A stretch of 64,000 nucleotides of DNA, from NCBI GenBank assembly GCA_965198115.1, contig OZ240241.1, forward strand, positions 3,744,001 through 3,808,000, read 5' to 3'. The notes under the pieces were generated by a model, which saw only the letters and a list, made by a program, of their open reading frames with translations, ran no database searches and was not told where the DNA came from. Made by a program: the position numbers and the translations under genes. Positions 9,495 to 20,500 of this stretch are shown here, in pieces; position 1 is the stretch's first letter, and each line of letters begins with the position of its first letter. Source of the DNA: Candidatus Latescibacterota bacterium (GTDB lineage Bacteria > Latescibacterota > UBA2968).

Positions 9495-11453
9495 CTATCC
9501 CGCGACCTCCTTGGCAACATCCACGCACTTGGCGGCGAACGCGTCGTAGGCGGCCCTGAATTCGGTGCTGGTCTTCTGAACGGACCCGAATCCCGGCCAG
9601 TCGCCGGGTGGCATGCCACGCGTCTGCCATCCTCCGACGTCGACTCCGACTTCCTCGAGCAGCGACTTCAACTCCGGTGTCAGATCGAACCCACGCTGGT
9701 AATCCGGCAGCTCGTATAGACGTTGTGACACACCGGGGTCATAAGAGTCGAGAATCGAATCCCTGAGCGAGGGCAGGTCGAACCCTGCTTCTTCCGACGT
9801 CAGCTGAACGGCCCGCTGGTGATTCGGGAACTCGGTATGGCACATATTGGCGCCCAACGCTTGCAGCGTGTCATCCGGCATTCGCTTGGAGGCCGGCAGC
9901 ACGTCCATCGACGCTAGAATCCACGTGGCCTGAGCCTCGTCCACACCATGGGTCTCTTGCAGCCAGCTGATCCACTTGGGACGGTTCTCGGGCGCGTAGA
10001 AAACCCAGTTGACGCGACGCGCCACGAGATTTCCGGACTTTTGCAGATCCTCTTCCAAGATTTGCACCGACTCTGCCGACCGGCCGGCGGCCCCCGCCGC
10101 AGCAACCACCTGTGGATGGTCGATTCGGGGCATGCTCTTGAACGTGCAGATCGTCTGTGCTCGCTTCGCGACCGATTCGCCCGCCACGGGATCGACCCCG
10201 AGGTCGGCTGCCAGCGCATCCAGGAACTCGTGGGCCTTTCCTTCGCCCGCCTTATCGGCACATTCCGTGAAAACCCGCTCAGCCTCGACTTCGCGAAGAT
10301 GACTCGAAAACCGTCCGCCCATGTTCGTCTCGTACGTGCGAACGACGTCCTTGCCCGCCTTCGCAGCGGCGGCCTTGCCCTCGAACGCATCCAGAATCAG
10401 CTGAACTTCCTGAGCGACCGTGTAAACCACCGTGTTGTTCGACCCGATGCCATCACTGTTCAGAACAGTCGTGATCTTCCGCGCAGCCTCGTGACTCGCC
10501 GCCACTTTGAAGACCAGGTTTGGCGCGAGAGCACCCGACCGATCGCCCAACCCCAGCAGCTTGTCGTAGTTCCCGAGGAAACTCCCGGCGACCTGGAAGG
10601 CGCTCCTCGCGTCTTCGATGCTCTCGTCCGCCTTTTCCGCGATGTTCGGGTTCAGCTGGAAGCTCACCATATAATCTTTGAGCTCCGTATGAACCGCCAG
10701 CGGACGGAAAATCGACAAGTTCGGCCACAGGGCAATCAGGGTTGCGGCCATTGCAATCTCGTCGGCGTGGCCTTCGGGGTTCTGCTTCCAATCGTCGTGC
10801 TGGGCGATCTCTTTCTTGAGCTCCTCGGCCAGCCCGGGGTCTTCGTCGAACGCCTTCGCCGCCAGGACAGGATTTGTCGACACCTGACAGAACCCGTAGT
10901 GCCGCAGATACTCGAGTCCGCGTGCAAAATCGTTTCCAAATTTGCAGTAGTCCTCGCCGATCATCCTCCAGTAAACGCCACTTCGCAGCTGCTTCTTGAG
11001 CTCTGCCAGAAACGACCCCCCCGGATTGCCCTTGTCTAGATCGCCCTCGATCCGCTCGGCGAGAAGACCCGACAGACTGTCGGAGAGATTGACGGACTTC
11101 ATGTCGGCCAGGAATTCGTCGACGACACTGCCCATCGCGTCACTCTCTTCACCGGACAGACCCTCGATCGAGGTGAGCACGCTCGATAGGGCAGAATCGG
11201 CCTCGTCCGACCCGTAACCGACGATTTCGGCGTCCCGACCGACAAAATTCATCCCCAGACGAATCAGTGTGCGACACACTTCGTCGGCCGAGGCCCCGTT
11301 CCCCGTCACGGCGCCGATCAATTCGTCGACACGCGTCGACAGGGTGCCCGGCTCGGGATCAATCAGTACTCGATCGGCGACCGCCAGGCTTTGCCCCTGC
11401 TCGAGCGCCTCTGCGACGCCACTGGAAATCTGACTCATTCGATCGTCCTCCAT
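9495..11453 (-). CDS. Large transaldolase/FSA-family protein (652 aa)
   Basis: GND, VSTNPVL, SFQLNP, NLVFKV (Schiff-base Lys), NNTVVYTVAQ, preceded by a long N-terminal extension. Confidence 0.75.
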   Translation of the reverse strand: MEDDRMSQISSGVAEALEQGQSLAVADRVLIDPEPGTLSTRVDELIGAVTGNGASADEVCRTLIRLGMNFVGRDAEIVGYGSDEADSALSSVLTSIEGLSGEESDAMGSVVDEFLADMKSVNLSDSLSGLLAERIEGDLDKGNPGGSFLAELKKQLRSGVYWRMIGEDYCKFGNDFARGLEYLRHYGFCQVSTNPVLAAKAFDEDPGLAEELKKEIAQHDDWKQNPEGHADEIAMAATLIALWPNLSIFRPLAVHTELKDYMVSFQLNPNIAEKADESIEDARSAFQVAGSFLGNYDKLLGLGDRSGALAPNLVFKVAASHEAARKITTVLNSDGIGSNNTVVYTVAQEVQLILDAFEGKAAAAKAGKDVVRTYETNMGGRFSSHLREVEAERVFTECADKAGEGKAHEFLDALAADLGVDPVAGESVAKRAQTICTFKSMPRIDHPQVVAAAGAAGRSAESVQILEEDLQKSGNLVARRVNWVFYAPENRPKWISWLQETHGVDEAQATWILASMDVLPASKRMPDDTLQALGANMCHTEFPNHQRAVQLTSEEAGFDLPSLRDSILDSYDPGVSQRLYELPDYQRGFDLTPELKSLLEEVGVDVGGWQTRGMPPGDWPGFGSVQKTSTEFRAAYDAFAAKCVDVAKEVAG

Positions 11454-11555
11454 CGTCTCTGAATCATCACGTTTCGTCAGCTCGGTCCGGTCGTACGGAC
11501 AAGGACAAACGTCGCGAGCAATCGCAATATACCCATCCCTCCGCCGCCCGCCAAG

Positions 11556-12362
11556 CTACGCGATGCCGAGCACATCCTTCATATCACAGATACCTGGGCC
11601 AGCGTCCCGAATGAATCGGATCGCGCGCAGAACACCGGTCCCGAAGGTGTCCCTGCTCTGCGCCCGGTGGACGAGCTGGATCGTTTCGCCGATCCCACCG
11701 AAGGTGACCGTATGCTCGCCGACGAGGTCACCCGCCCGCATCGCGTGCACGCCAATTTCTTCTCGCGTGCGCGCGCCGGTGTCGCCGTGACGTCCGTAAA
11801 CGCCCACCTTCGACAGATCGCGCTCGAATCCCCGTGCGACCGCCTCGGCCAGTGCGATCGCGGTCCCGCTGGGCGCATCCGTCTTGAAGCGGTGGTGTGC
11901 CTCCACGATCTCGGCGTCGTAGTCGCCACCCAGAATACGTGCGGCTTCCTCCACGATTCGAGAAAGCACGGTAACACCGACACTGAAATTGGGTGCGAAG
12001 GCGCAGGGAATGCTCGCGACCGTCTCCCTGAAGGTCTTCAGCTGATCGTCGCTCAGCCCCGTCGTGCCGACGACCATCGCCTTGCCCGCACTCGCGCAGA
12101 TCTCGGCGGCCACCAACGTCGGATCGGGTGGCGCCGTGAAAGCGACGACCACGTCCGCCCCTCCCACGATGTTCTCCAGGCTGTCCACGACGTGGTGTCC
12201 GGTATGACCGGTCCCGGCGAATTCACCGATATCTCGTCCGATGGCGGCGTTCCCGGGTGCTTCGACGCCCCCGACGAGGTCGAGATCCTCGGCCTCCTCG
12301 ACCAGATGTGCGATCCGGCCGCACATACGGCCGGCGATTCCTACGATGGCGACTCGTGTCAT
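11556..12362 (-). CDS. dapB: 4-hydroxy-tetrahydrodipicolinate reductase
   Basis: GIAGRM, VVGTTG, APNFSVGV, EAHHRFKTDAPSGTA, RAGDLVGEHTV. Confidence 0.97.
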   Translation of the reverse strand: MTRVAIVGIAGRMCGRIAHLVEEAEDLDLVGGVEAPGNAAIGRDIGEFAGTGHTGHHVVDSLENIVGGADVVVAFTAPPDPTLVAAEICASAGKAMVVGTTGLSDDQLKTFRETVASIPCAFAPNFSVGVTVLSRIVEEAARILGGDYDAEIVEAHHRFKTDAPSGTAIALAEAVARGFERDLSKVGVYGRHGDTGARTREEIGVHAMRAGDLVGEHTVTFGGIGETIQLVHRAQSRDTFGTGVLRAIRFIRDAGPGICDMKDVLGIA

Positions 12363-12383
12363 CTTCCCTGGACCTCTTCGTGA

Positions 12384-13415
12384 TCAGGCGTAGACCAACC
12401 CGTCGAGCACGGCGGCGTCCGACAGCCGCGCCGACACATCGACTCCGAAAAACGATTCGATCGGTGCGAACACCTCGGGCGCCTTGTCGTGAACCTCTCT
12501 CGCGTTGTCGAGCACGATGTCCAAACCCGCTCGGTTCATTTTGCCGAGCGGACGGCGGCACGGTCCGGCCGGCATCCCCAGGATGTTCATCAGCGACTTG
12601 ATGGGAAGCGGGTTGCGAGCCTTCACGAGTGTCGATCCGAACGGGGTCTCCTCCTCCGAGGCCACACCGACCATCCCAAAGAGTGGGGCCATCGCATCGC
12701 ACAGTCTCTCGGCCTCGTCACGCTCTCCATCGAGCAGGGCCGTCGTCATACATTGGATGGCGCCTGGCGCCACATTCGACATGACGGAGATGACACCGGC
12801 CGATCGTATCCGGTCGTCCGTCATCATATCGAACGTCTTGTCGTCATCACCCGACATGATGAAAAAGTCGTCCCCGCAGCACGTCCTCGTCCGAGCCATG
12901 TTGTCGAGACTTCCCGTGGCTTCTTTGACCGTCTGGACGTTCGGGTATTCCTGGTGGAGGATAGCCAGATCTTCTGGCAGCAACTGTGTGCCGCTGCGCC
13001 CCGGAATCACGTAGGGGATCATCTGGATGGTCGGAAACGCTCGAGCAACCGGCTCGACGTACTCCTTCCGAATCTCGAGCGAACTCGGACCGTTGTAATA
13101 CGGATCCACCAGCAGCGCAGCATCCGCACCGGCGTGGGCGGCGTGTTCAGTGGCCTTCAACGTCTCATCGGTGGAGTTGCTCCCCGTCCCCGCGATCGCC
13201 AGTCCCTTGTCCTTTACCAGTCCGCAGATTCGCTCGGTCACCGTGTTGTGCTCGTCCCAGGTGAGCGTAGGGCTCTCGCCGGTCGTGCCGACGGCCAGAA
13301 CGCCACTCACGCCCTCGGACACCTGAAATTCGATGAGCCGTTCGAGTCCGGCTTCGTCCACTCGCCCGTCCGAATCGAAGGGGGTGATCAATGCAGTGTA
13401 GCATCCTTTGAACAT
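12384..13415 (-). CDS. dapA: 4-hydroxy-tetrahydrodipicolinate synthase
   Basis: TALITPF, GTTGESPTL, GTGSNST, PYYN, PGRSG, VKEATG, SGDD; ATG at 13415 after AGGAG. Confidence 0.95.
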   Translation of the reverse strand: MFKGCYTALITPFDSDGRVDEAGLERLIEFQVSEGVSGVLAVGTTGESPTLTWDEHNTVTERICGLVKDKGLAIAGTGSNSTDETLKATEHAAHAGADAALLVDPYYNGPSSLEIRKEYVEPVARAFPTIQMIPYVIPGRSGTQLLPEDLAILHQEYPNVQTVKEATGSLDNMARTRTCCGDDFFIMSGDDDKTFDMMTDDRIRSAGVISVMSNVAPGAIQCMTTALLDGERDEAERLCDAMAPLFGMVGVASEEETPFGSTLVKARNPLPIKSLMNILGMPAGPCRRPLGKMNRAGLDIVLDNAREVHDKAPEVFAPIESFFGVDVSARLSDAAVLDGLVYA

Positions 13416-13444
13416 CGTTCGCTCCTGGATAAGATCTCTGCAAT

Positions 13445-13484
13445 AAAAAGAAACAGCCGGCATCCTAAAAGGAATCGCCGGCTG
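13445..13484 (-). terminator. Attenuator terminator of the dapA leader
   Basis: Minus strand CAGCCGGC..GCCGGCTG followed by TTTCTTTTT, between the aptamer and the dapA start. Confidence 0.8.
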
Positions 13485-13535
13485 AGGCCGCTGTCTCAGG
13501 GGTACGGGCGATCCGAGGACGGAAATCGCCACACA

Positions 13536-13723
13536 CAAGAGAGCGCTCCACGCGGGACTTCCCGTGACACCCGTCGTGACAGTCCAGAAGATCTTATCGA
13601 CTGGACCAGCCCGCCGTCGCGGCAGATCGTCGACGGACTTCGGCGGGCTCACCCTTTGACCGGACACCAGATTCTGCCATCGCAGTGCCGGTTACTCATG
13701 TGGGCCCGCGCCTCTACCCTTGC
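13536..13723 (-). ncRNA. Lysine riboswitch (L-box)
   Basis: Minus strand shows the ordered L-box motifs AGAGGCGC, ATGAGTA, AAAGG, CGCCGAA, CTGG, CTGTC, GGAGCGCT, upstream of dapA-dapB. Confidence 0.9.
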
Positions 13724-13736
13724 TTGAGGAAGGCTC

Positions 13737-13765
13737 AAAGTAGCCACCCACATAGACGGGGTCAA
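13737..13765 (-). promoter_or_regulatory. Sigma70-type promoter for riboswitch-dapAB
   Basis: Minus strand TTGACC-N17-TACTTT immediately 5' of the aptamer. Confidence 0.65.
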
Positions 13766-13779
13766 GCCCTTTCCCCGTT

Positions 13780-15903
13780 TCAGTTTCTTCGTGAATCCGT
13801 GAGCTGCAGAGCGCGTGCGACCGTGTTGTAGACATCGTCCAGGTCGGAGAAAGGCTTGGCAAGATGAAAATCGAACAGACCGATCCGTGCGTCGTCGTTC
13901 GAAAGATTCCATCCCGTGATCAGGACGGTGGCGACGTCGGGGTCGATCGCCTTGATCTCGCCAACGATCGCGTTACCCGGTCGACCGGGAAGACCCAGGT
14001 CGATCAGGACCGCGTCGTAGCTTTTCTGTTGGACTGAGGACACCGCGCTGTTTCCGTCCGCCACGGTGTCGACCTCGTGGCGCCCTCGCAAGAGACTGCG
14101 CACCGCCGCGCGTACTTCAGAATCATCGTCCACGATGAGCACACGTCCCGGGCGCGTGTCCAGTCTGTCACCCCCCGCTGCCCCCTTCTCGATCGACTCT
14201 TTCGTCGACGGAAGCCAGATCGTGAACGTTGTTCCCCGTCCGGGGGTGCTCTCCACAGTGATGCGGCCATCGAAACCAGTAATCGTCCCATACACCGTCG
14301 ACAATCCCAGCCCACTGCCCACGTCCCGCTTCGTCGTAAAGAACGGCTCGAAAACACGCGCCGACGTCTCTTCGTCCATCCCCACGCCGGTGTCCTCGAA
14401 CGTCAGCTGAACACCCCCGGCCGCTTCCATCGTCCTGACCGTGATCGTCCCGCCCTTGGGCATCGCGTCGACAGCGTTCATGATCAGGTTGACCAGGGTG
14501 TCGTGAAGACCGCCGACCGTGGCCATCACCGCCGGCAAGGACGACAGGCGCTTGACGACTCTGACTTCGTCGCCGCGCGCTTCGGGTTCGTCGCGCCACC
14601 GCGGCCGGGTCGTCAGGAAAGCCTCCTCGACGATGTGGTTCACGTCGACGGGACTGACGACTTCGTCCTTGAGCCCACGTACGTAAAGGTGAAGACGCTG
14701 CACCAGATCGCGAGCTCTACGCGAGGCTCGAGAAACGATATCCAGATGCCGTCTGATCGCCTCGTCTTCAACCACTTCCTCCAAAATCTGCGTCGGACCC
14801 AGGATGCCCGTCAGGATGTTGTTCAGGTTGTGACTGACGCCCGCGGACAGCTCGCCGAGGGCACGTAGTCGTTCCAATCGCACGAACTCCTGCTGCGTCT
14901 GCTCCCGTTTGCTCACATCCCGAAAACTCCAAACGCGACCCGCGACCTCGCCCTCCCTCAAGAGGGGCCACGACAGTCGCTCGAACACCCGTCCATCCTT
15001 GAAGTGAAGCGTATCGACGAATTCCTGGTCTGTCGAGTAGATCTCCTCCAGACGTTTGGCGAAAGCTTCAGGATCTTTCAGCTGGGGTTTGGCGAACGTC
15101 AACATCTTGTCGCTGTCGGACCCGAAGAGATGGTTGGGCATTTGCCACAGTTCCTTGAATCGCTCGTTGCAGAGTACGACCTGATCGTCAGCGCCGACGA
15201 CCAGGATCCCGTCTTCGGTAGCCTCCATCGTGGACCTCAAAAGCTGCGCGTTGTCTCTCAGTTCTTCCTCCACGTGGATCCGCTGAGCGATTTCTTCTTT
15301 CAGCTGCCGATTGGCCTCCTCCAGTTCCGCCGTCCGGCTCGCAACCTGTTCCTCGAGCGAAGAGCGTGACAGCAGTGTGTCGAACACGCGTGCGACGGTC
15401 GCAATGCCGGAGGCCACGGCTTCGGCCGTCTCCAGGTGATCGTCAGAATAGACGTCGGGTGCCCGACTCGTGAAGTTGAACGTGCCCACGGTCTTCCCGT
15501 CGACCAGGATCGGGACGATCAGGTCAGACAACATACCCTCGGCAACACGACGACCATCGTGTTCGAACCGCATTTCTTTGGAGATGTCGCCCCGCAACAG
15601 GGACTGACGGTGGGCGATAGCCCACAGACTCGCCGATATCTCGGCATCTTCCAGCGGATACGGACGTCCGAAGATCTGCGTCCCCGACGCGCCCTTGACT
15701 CGACCGTCTTCGACGCGGTAGCATTGATCCCACACCTGCAGACCGAACGTGAAGCGATCGAACGGAATCAGCGGCAGCAGAATGTCATTGATCCGTAGGA
15801 CAATAGCTTCTGTCGGTTTTCCGCTATTGATCGTCTCGATGATATCGAGCACGGCGCGAGCCCGTTTGAGGGCAAGCGTTTCCGATGACGCAAGATCGGT
15901 CAT
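13780..15903 (-). CDS. Hybrid sensor histidine kinase (GAF-PAS-HisKA-HATPase-REC)
   Basis: GVSHNLNN H-box, NLIMNAVDAM, DTGVGM, FEPFFTTK, GSGLGL; REC LIVDDD..IDLGLP..KP. Start could be GTG 15921. Confidence 0.92.
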   Translation of the reverse strand: MTDLASSETLALKRARAVLDIIETINSGKPTEAIVLRINDILLPLIPFDRFTFGLQVWDQCYRVEDGRVKGASGTQIFGRPYPLEDAEISASLWAIAHRQSLLRGDISKEMRFEHDGRRVAEGMLSDLIVPILVDGKTVGTFNFTSRAPDVYSDDHLETAEAVASGIATVARVFDTLLSRSSLEEQVASRTAELEEANRQLKEEIAQRIHVEEELRDNAQLLRSTMEATEDGILVVGADDQVVLCNERFKELWQMPNHLFGSDSDKMLTFAKPQLKDPEAFAKRLEEIYSTDQEFVDTLHFKDGRVFERLSWPLLREGEVAGRVWSFRDVSKREQTQQEFVRLERLRALGELSAGVSHNLNNILTGILGPTQILEEVVEDEAIRRHLDIVSRASRRARDLVQRLHLYVRGLKDEVVSPVDVNHIVEEAFLTTRPRWRDEPEARGDEVRVVKRLSSLPAVMATVGGLHDTLVNLIMNAVDAMPKGGTITVRTMEAAGGVQLTFEDTGVGMDEETSARVFEPFFTTKRDVGSGLGLSTVYGTITGFDGRITVESTPGRGTTFTIWLPSTKESIEKGAAGGDRLDTRPGRVLIVDDDSEVRAAVRSLLRGRHEVDTVADGNSAVSSVQQKSYDAVLIDLGLPGRPGNAIVGEIKAIDPDVATVLITGWNLSNDDARIGLFDFHLAKPFSDLDDVYNTVARALQLTDSRRN

Positions 15904-15933
15904 ACGTCTCCCTGACAACACGCAAGACAGATT

Positions 15934-16903
15934 CTACAGCTGCTGGATCCGTGCCATAACCTCGTCGTCGATTTCCAGCCCTTCAGCCTGACGAGCCGAT
16001 CGCTCCCGAAACGCCCGCTCACCCGGAATCAGAATCTCGGCCACTCCTTCGGCTCGTTTCGACGACTTGACCCGCGATACGAACGCAGTGACGGAAGCGT
16101 CAAAGTCAGCCTTTTCGATGAAAATCTGAGGGTCGATCGCCACAATGAACAGCCCGTAGTCCTGACCGGGCTCCGGAACGGGGGCGCCTCCCATCATGAT
16201 GCCCGTGAGCACCTGAATCATCACGGCCAGCGCGTAGCCTTTGTGTCCACCGAAGGGTAGCGCACCGCCCGTCTGCGCCTTTTCCGGATCGGTGGTCGCC
16301 TCGCCGTCCGGTCCTACGGCAACACCCTCCGGGATGGGAAGGCCGTCCTTGATGGCCATCAGAATCTCGCCATTCGTGACGGCTGCAGAGGCCAGGTCGA
16401 CCAGGATTTGCCCGGACGTCGCCGGGAACGCAGCGGCAATCGGATTCGTCCCCAGAACCGGTTCGGCTCCGCCGTGAGGCACGATTCTTGGATTCGTGTC
16501 GCACATAGCCAGACCGACCATTCCCGCGTCAGCCATCATCGACACGTAGTAACCCAGCATACCGCAATGACTCGTGTTGTTGGCCCCGACCAGACCCACA
16601 CCGGATCGGTCGGCGCGCCCGATGGCCGTCCTTGCGGCTCGATGTGCGACCAGGTAGCCCAGATTCTCCTGACCGTCGATCAACGCATAGGCCGCTCTCG
16701 CGGGCGAGTTTCATGGCCTGGCGCGGGCGCTCACCCACGCGATCGGCAATCCCGGGCAGCCGGATCATCCCGTGTGTCGCGCGACCCCGAAGTTCGGCCT
16801 CGACCAGAATGTCGGTCACGATCTCGGCGTCTTCTTCGCTGAGGTTCCGATCGACCAGAACCCGGTTCGAAAGATCTCTGAGGTGTTCTTCCAGGATTCG
16901 CAT
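15934..16903 (-). pseudogene. Ldh_2 (malate/L-sulfolactate dehydrogenase-like) oxidoreductase, frameshifted near 16690
   Basis: N-terminus EAELRGRATHGMIRL in one frame; DGQENLG, SHCGMLG, GTNPIA, PFGGHKGYAL, IPGER in the next. May be an intact gene with a sequencing error. Confidence 0.82.
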
Positions 16904-17066
16904 CGAATCGCTCGATTCCAAAAGTCTGGGGCGAGGCAGGGGAAGATAGGGGCCACCGACTCCCATCGCAACACAGGTAGGGGGGATTGGGGTTGCCGCG
17001 GGACCCCCAGCCATCCATATTTTGTGATCATACACCGACTTACGCTGACTCGAGACCCACATAGCT

Positions 17067-17502
17067 ATGGCTAAACGCATCCGAACCGGCCTTCCGGCAC
17101 GCCGGATTCCAACCGCCCTGTCGGAACACCAAAGAGCCGCGATCATCCGACGAATGAATGCCCTCAGGGGACGCAAGCAATTCGTGGCGGAGATCGCGCG
17201 TCAGGCGACGCAGGCGCGTGGACGCATCGACGACGACGTCTACGGCATTGTCCAGGCCACTCTCGAAGCACTCGCCCATAACCGTGGAGCCCCGCCCCCT
17301 CGTGTTTGCCGTCAGCCACTATCAGACAGGCAAAGTCGAACAGGTCGGTTTCCTCCCTCCGGGCGTTCGGCAGTTCCCTTCACGTGGTCGCTTCATCACC
17401 AACGATCCTCGCTTCTCCCGCGAGCGGCTAACGGGCGTAGATCCCGACGCCCTACCCGCCCCACCCCGACAGCTCGAAGGCCCAGACCGTGCCGACCCCT
17501 AA
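17067..17502 (+). CDS. Hypothetical protein (~144 aa if a +1 frameshift near 17290 is repaired)
   Basis: MAKRIRTG..LEALAHNRG reads as protein, then the protein-like reading continues in the next frame (PLVFAVSHYQTGKVEQVGF..) to TAA 17502. Confidence 0.45.
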
Positions 17503-20500
17503 TCAAGGCGTCGCCATCAAATCCTATTCGCCTGGCGAGCTACGACTGCTCGCGGCCGAGGGCCGACTCAAGGGGCGGGCGTCGATCAGCTGGTCAACCT
17601 GCGAGGCACCGCCGACGCCGACCGAGCCATCGGCGAACACGCCTTCTACGCCCTCGCTGCAAGGATGTCCTGCTGGACCGATCCGCTCGACCTCGTTCGC
17701 ACGTTTCTCGCCCTGGCAAGAACACCGAGCCCCTCAGGCGAAGAGGACGCCGTCGCGGACGTGATCTTACCTCGACTCAACGAGCTCGGATTCGCGGTCG
17801 AACGCGACGCCGTGGGCAACCTGATCGCTCACCTGCCATTGACCTCAACCACCGCACCCAACTTGCTGTTCACCGCACATATGGACTGCGTTTACCCCGG
17901 TGGGTCCGCGCCAGTCGTAGCGGTTCTCCACCGCTCGGGCGACATCGCAACCGACGGCCGGAACAGTTTGGGAGCCGATGACAAGGCAGGCATCGCGGCC
18001 ATTCTCGCGGCCCTCCGTTTCATCGTCCACGGGGAATCGCCACACGGCGAAATCAGGGTGGTCTTCACAGTGCAGGAAGAACGCGGTTGGAGGGGCATCA
18101 AGCAGGTCCCCGCGCGTATCCTGAACGGGATTCACCTCGTCTTCAGTATGGATCCGCCGGTGCGCGTCGAACGGGACGAAACAGCTTTTATGGCCGTGCT
18201 TCACGCCCACCGGGGGCACCCGATTGAGGACCTGGTTCGGTCCGCCGCCCTCGACGTGGACGGGGATCCGCTGATCCTCTATGCCGAAGACGGCTACGTC
18301 GGTGGAGACACCATCTGCCTGTCCCCCCTGGGCGCCCTCGTCGTCGACTTCTGTTCGGGCAGCCGCTACTCCCACACGACCCACGAACACATCCGGCTCA
18401 TCGACTTCACGCGGCAGACGAGTTGGATGATCGCGACGGCCGAGCGCTTTCTGCGTCTGGATCGGAACGACCTCGAGCTGCGTGCCGTCTATGGCGAAGA
18501 ACCCATCGGCAACCTGACGGGTGTCCGCAAGCAGATCCCGCTCACACCCGACTTCCTCGCCGAGAAGATCGCCCAGGCCAGAAGCCTCCACACCCTTCCC
18601 GGTCCGAGTCTGGCAAACACACTGGCGCACCTCTCGGCGATGGCCCCGCGTGCGGGCGACCCCGACCTCCTCGACGCCGTCGTCCAGGCCTACGCGCAGG
18701 GCCTTCGCGTCGACCAGGTGCCGCAGGTTCAGCGCGCGATCACTTCGGCCCTGATGCACCTCGCTACGAACCTCGCCGACGTGCGTCCACTCGAACCGGT
18801 AATTCCTGTCGTTCGGAGCTTCATCGTTGGCGGAGGCGACGACACGGCTCGTGCCAGCGCCATACGGTTCCTCGAAGAGCTCTTCGTCAAAGAACGGCGC
18901 GTGCGTGTGAAGGAAGACCTCGTACGCACCCTGATCGTAATGCTTCAGAGTGCGTCTCCGACTGTAACGGAGTGTCTGACCAACTTCTTCCGGACGAACC
19001 TGGACGACACGATCCACGCGCTCACCCTGGCGTTCTGCAACCGTCACCGGGCGGGATGGGAGCGACTCACACGGGTCAACCAGGGCCGCCTCGTCGACGG
19101 TCGCAAGCGACGGTCCGACGCCCCGGGGTGGACCCTGATCCGTCAGCGCATACTCCAGCTCCTTTTGGAGGAAGACCGGCTCCTCCCGGAGATGCTCGAC
19201 TGGATCTTCACCCACGACGGAGGCGCCACCCAACGGATCGCGGTCGACTACATCGACCCGGGGAAGACCACGCGCGTCGCCGACCGGATCCTCAGAAACC
19301 TCAAGAGCCGCGAGCGCGGCGTTCAGGAAACAGCGTTACACTTCGTCGGCAGTCACCGAATGGAGCAGGCCATCCCGCCGCTGATCGACCTGCTCCTGAC
19401 GCCCCATCTCTGCCGCAATCGCAGCCTCGCCGAGTGGGCCCTCGACGCGATTGGTCGCCCGGCGCTCGACCCGGTCATCAACCGTCTCGGTGCCGACGCG
19501 GAGTACGAGACGTTGGTCTGGAGAATGTTCAACCGACACGACACGTCGACGGACGCGGACTTCGATCTGTTGATCGACAGGCTTGCGAACCAATACGGCA
19601 AAGCCTTCTCGCCGTCCGATCCGTCACAGGTGATGATCCTCTCTTATTACCTCAGCATCGACCCGTTCACCCACCTGACAGACCTCACCCGGTGGGATCG
19701 ACGTCGATCGATCGTCTTCTACGATCGACTGATGGAGCTCTACACGGATGGAGAGGAAGTCAATCGACTGGTCGAGCTGATCGAAGAGTGCGAGGGCGGA
19801 TCACGAACGTATTTCCTCCGAATGTCGATCCAGAAGAATCTGTTCGAAGATCCGGGCCTGCTGGCGCTCGTGTCACGCGAGAACGCTCGCTTCCTCGAAA
19901 ACTTCGTCCGTCTCGAAAATCAGATTCCTCAACACATCATCCTCGCGCGACTCAGGGAGTTCGCGAACGGCGCGCAGCTGGATATGCGCGACCCGAACGA
20001 CGTCGAGATCTACTACCTCTACCTGCTTCAGCAGAGCCCCCGGATGCCCGACCGGACGCAGTATCTGACCCACATCGCCGAAGCGGCCCGGTATCTGTTC
20101 CCGCCGTTGAAACCTTACTGCAAGGCCTTCAGCATTTCGGGCGATCGTATCGAGGAGGTCGGGACGGTCGATCGGGACCGCGTTCGCACGCTCATCGAGA
20201 GCCTCCCACAAAAGGCTTCGCGTTCGGAGCGTCTCCGCCGGCTCATTCTCGACAGCGGGCTCGCCAAACGCGAGCAGAACCGCCTCATCAACGGGCTGAG
20301 CGAGGCCATCGGCATCGACGTCAGCCCCTACAGCTCCGTCGAGGACCGCGCAGACGCTCTGATCCACGAAATCGACTTCGAATTCGACTCGGCCTACCGA
20401 ATCGTACCGCTCGTCGTGTATCCTGTCCTGATGCGCGTCCGGATGAACCATCGAAGCGACGGCGTCCTCAGTCCTCTGGCTGACTACGCGATCGAATTCG

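Noticed and set aside
17067-17981. 304-aa ORF as listed in the track
   Set aside because: After about residue 75 it becomes low-complexity Arg/Pro sequence overlapping the giant gene; better explained by a frameshift.
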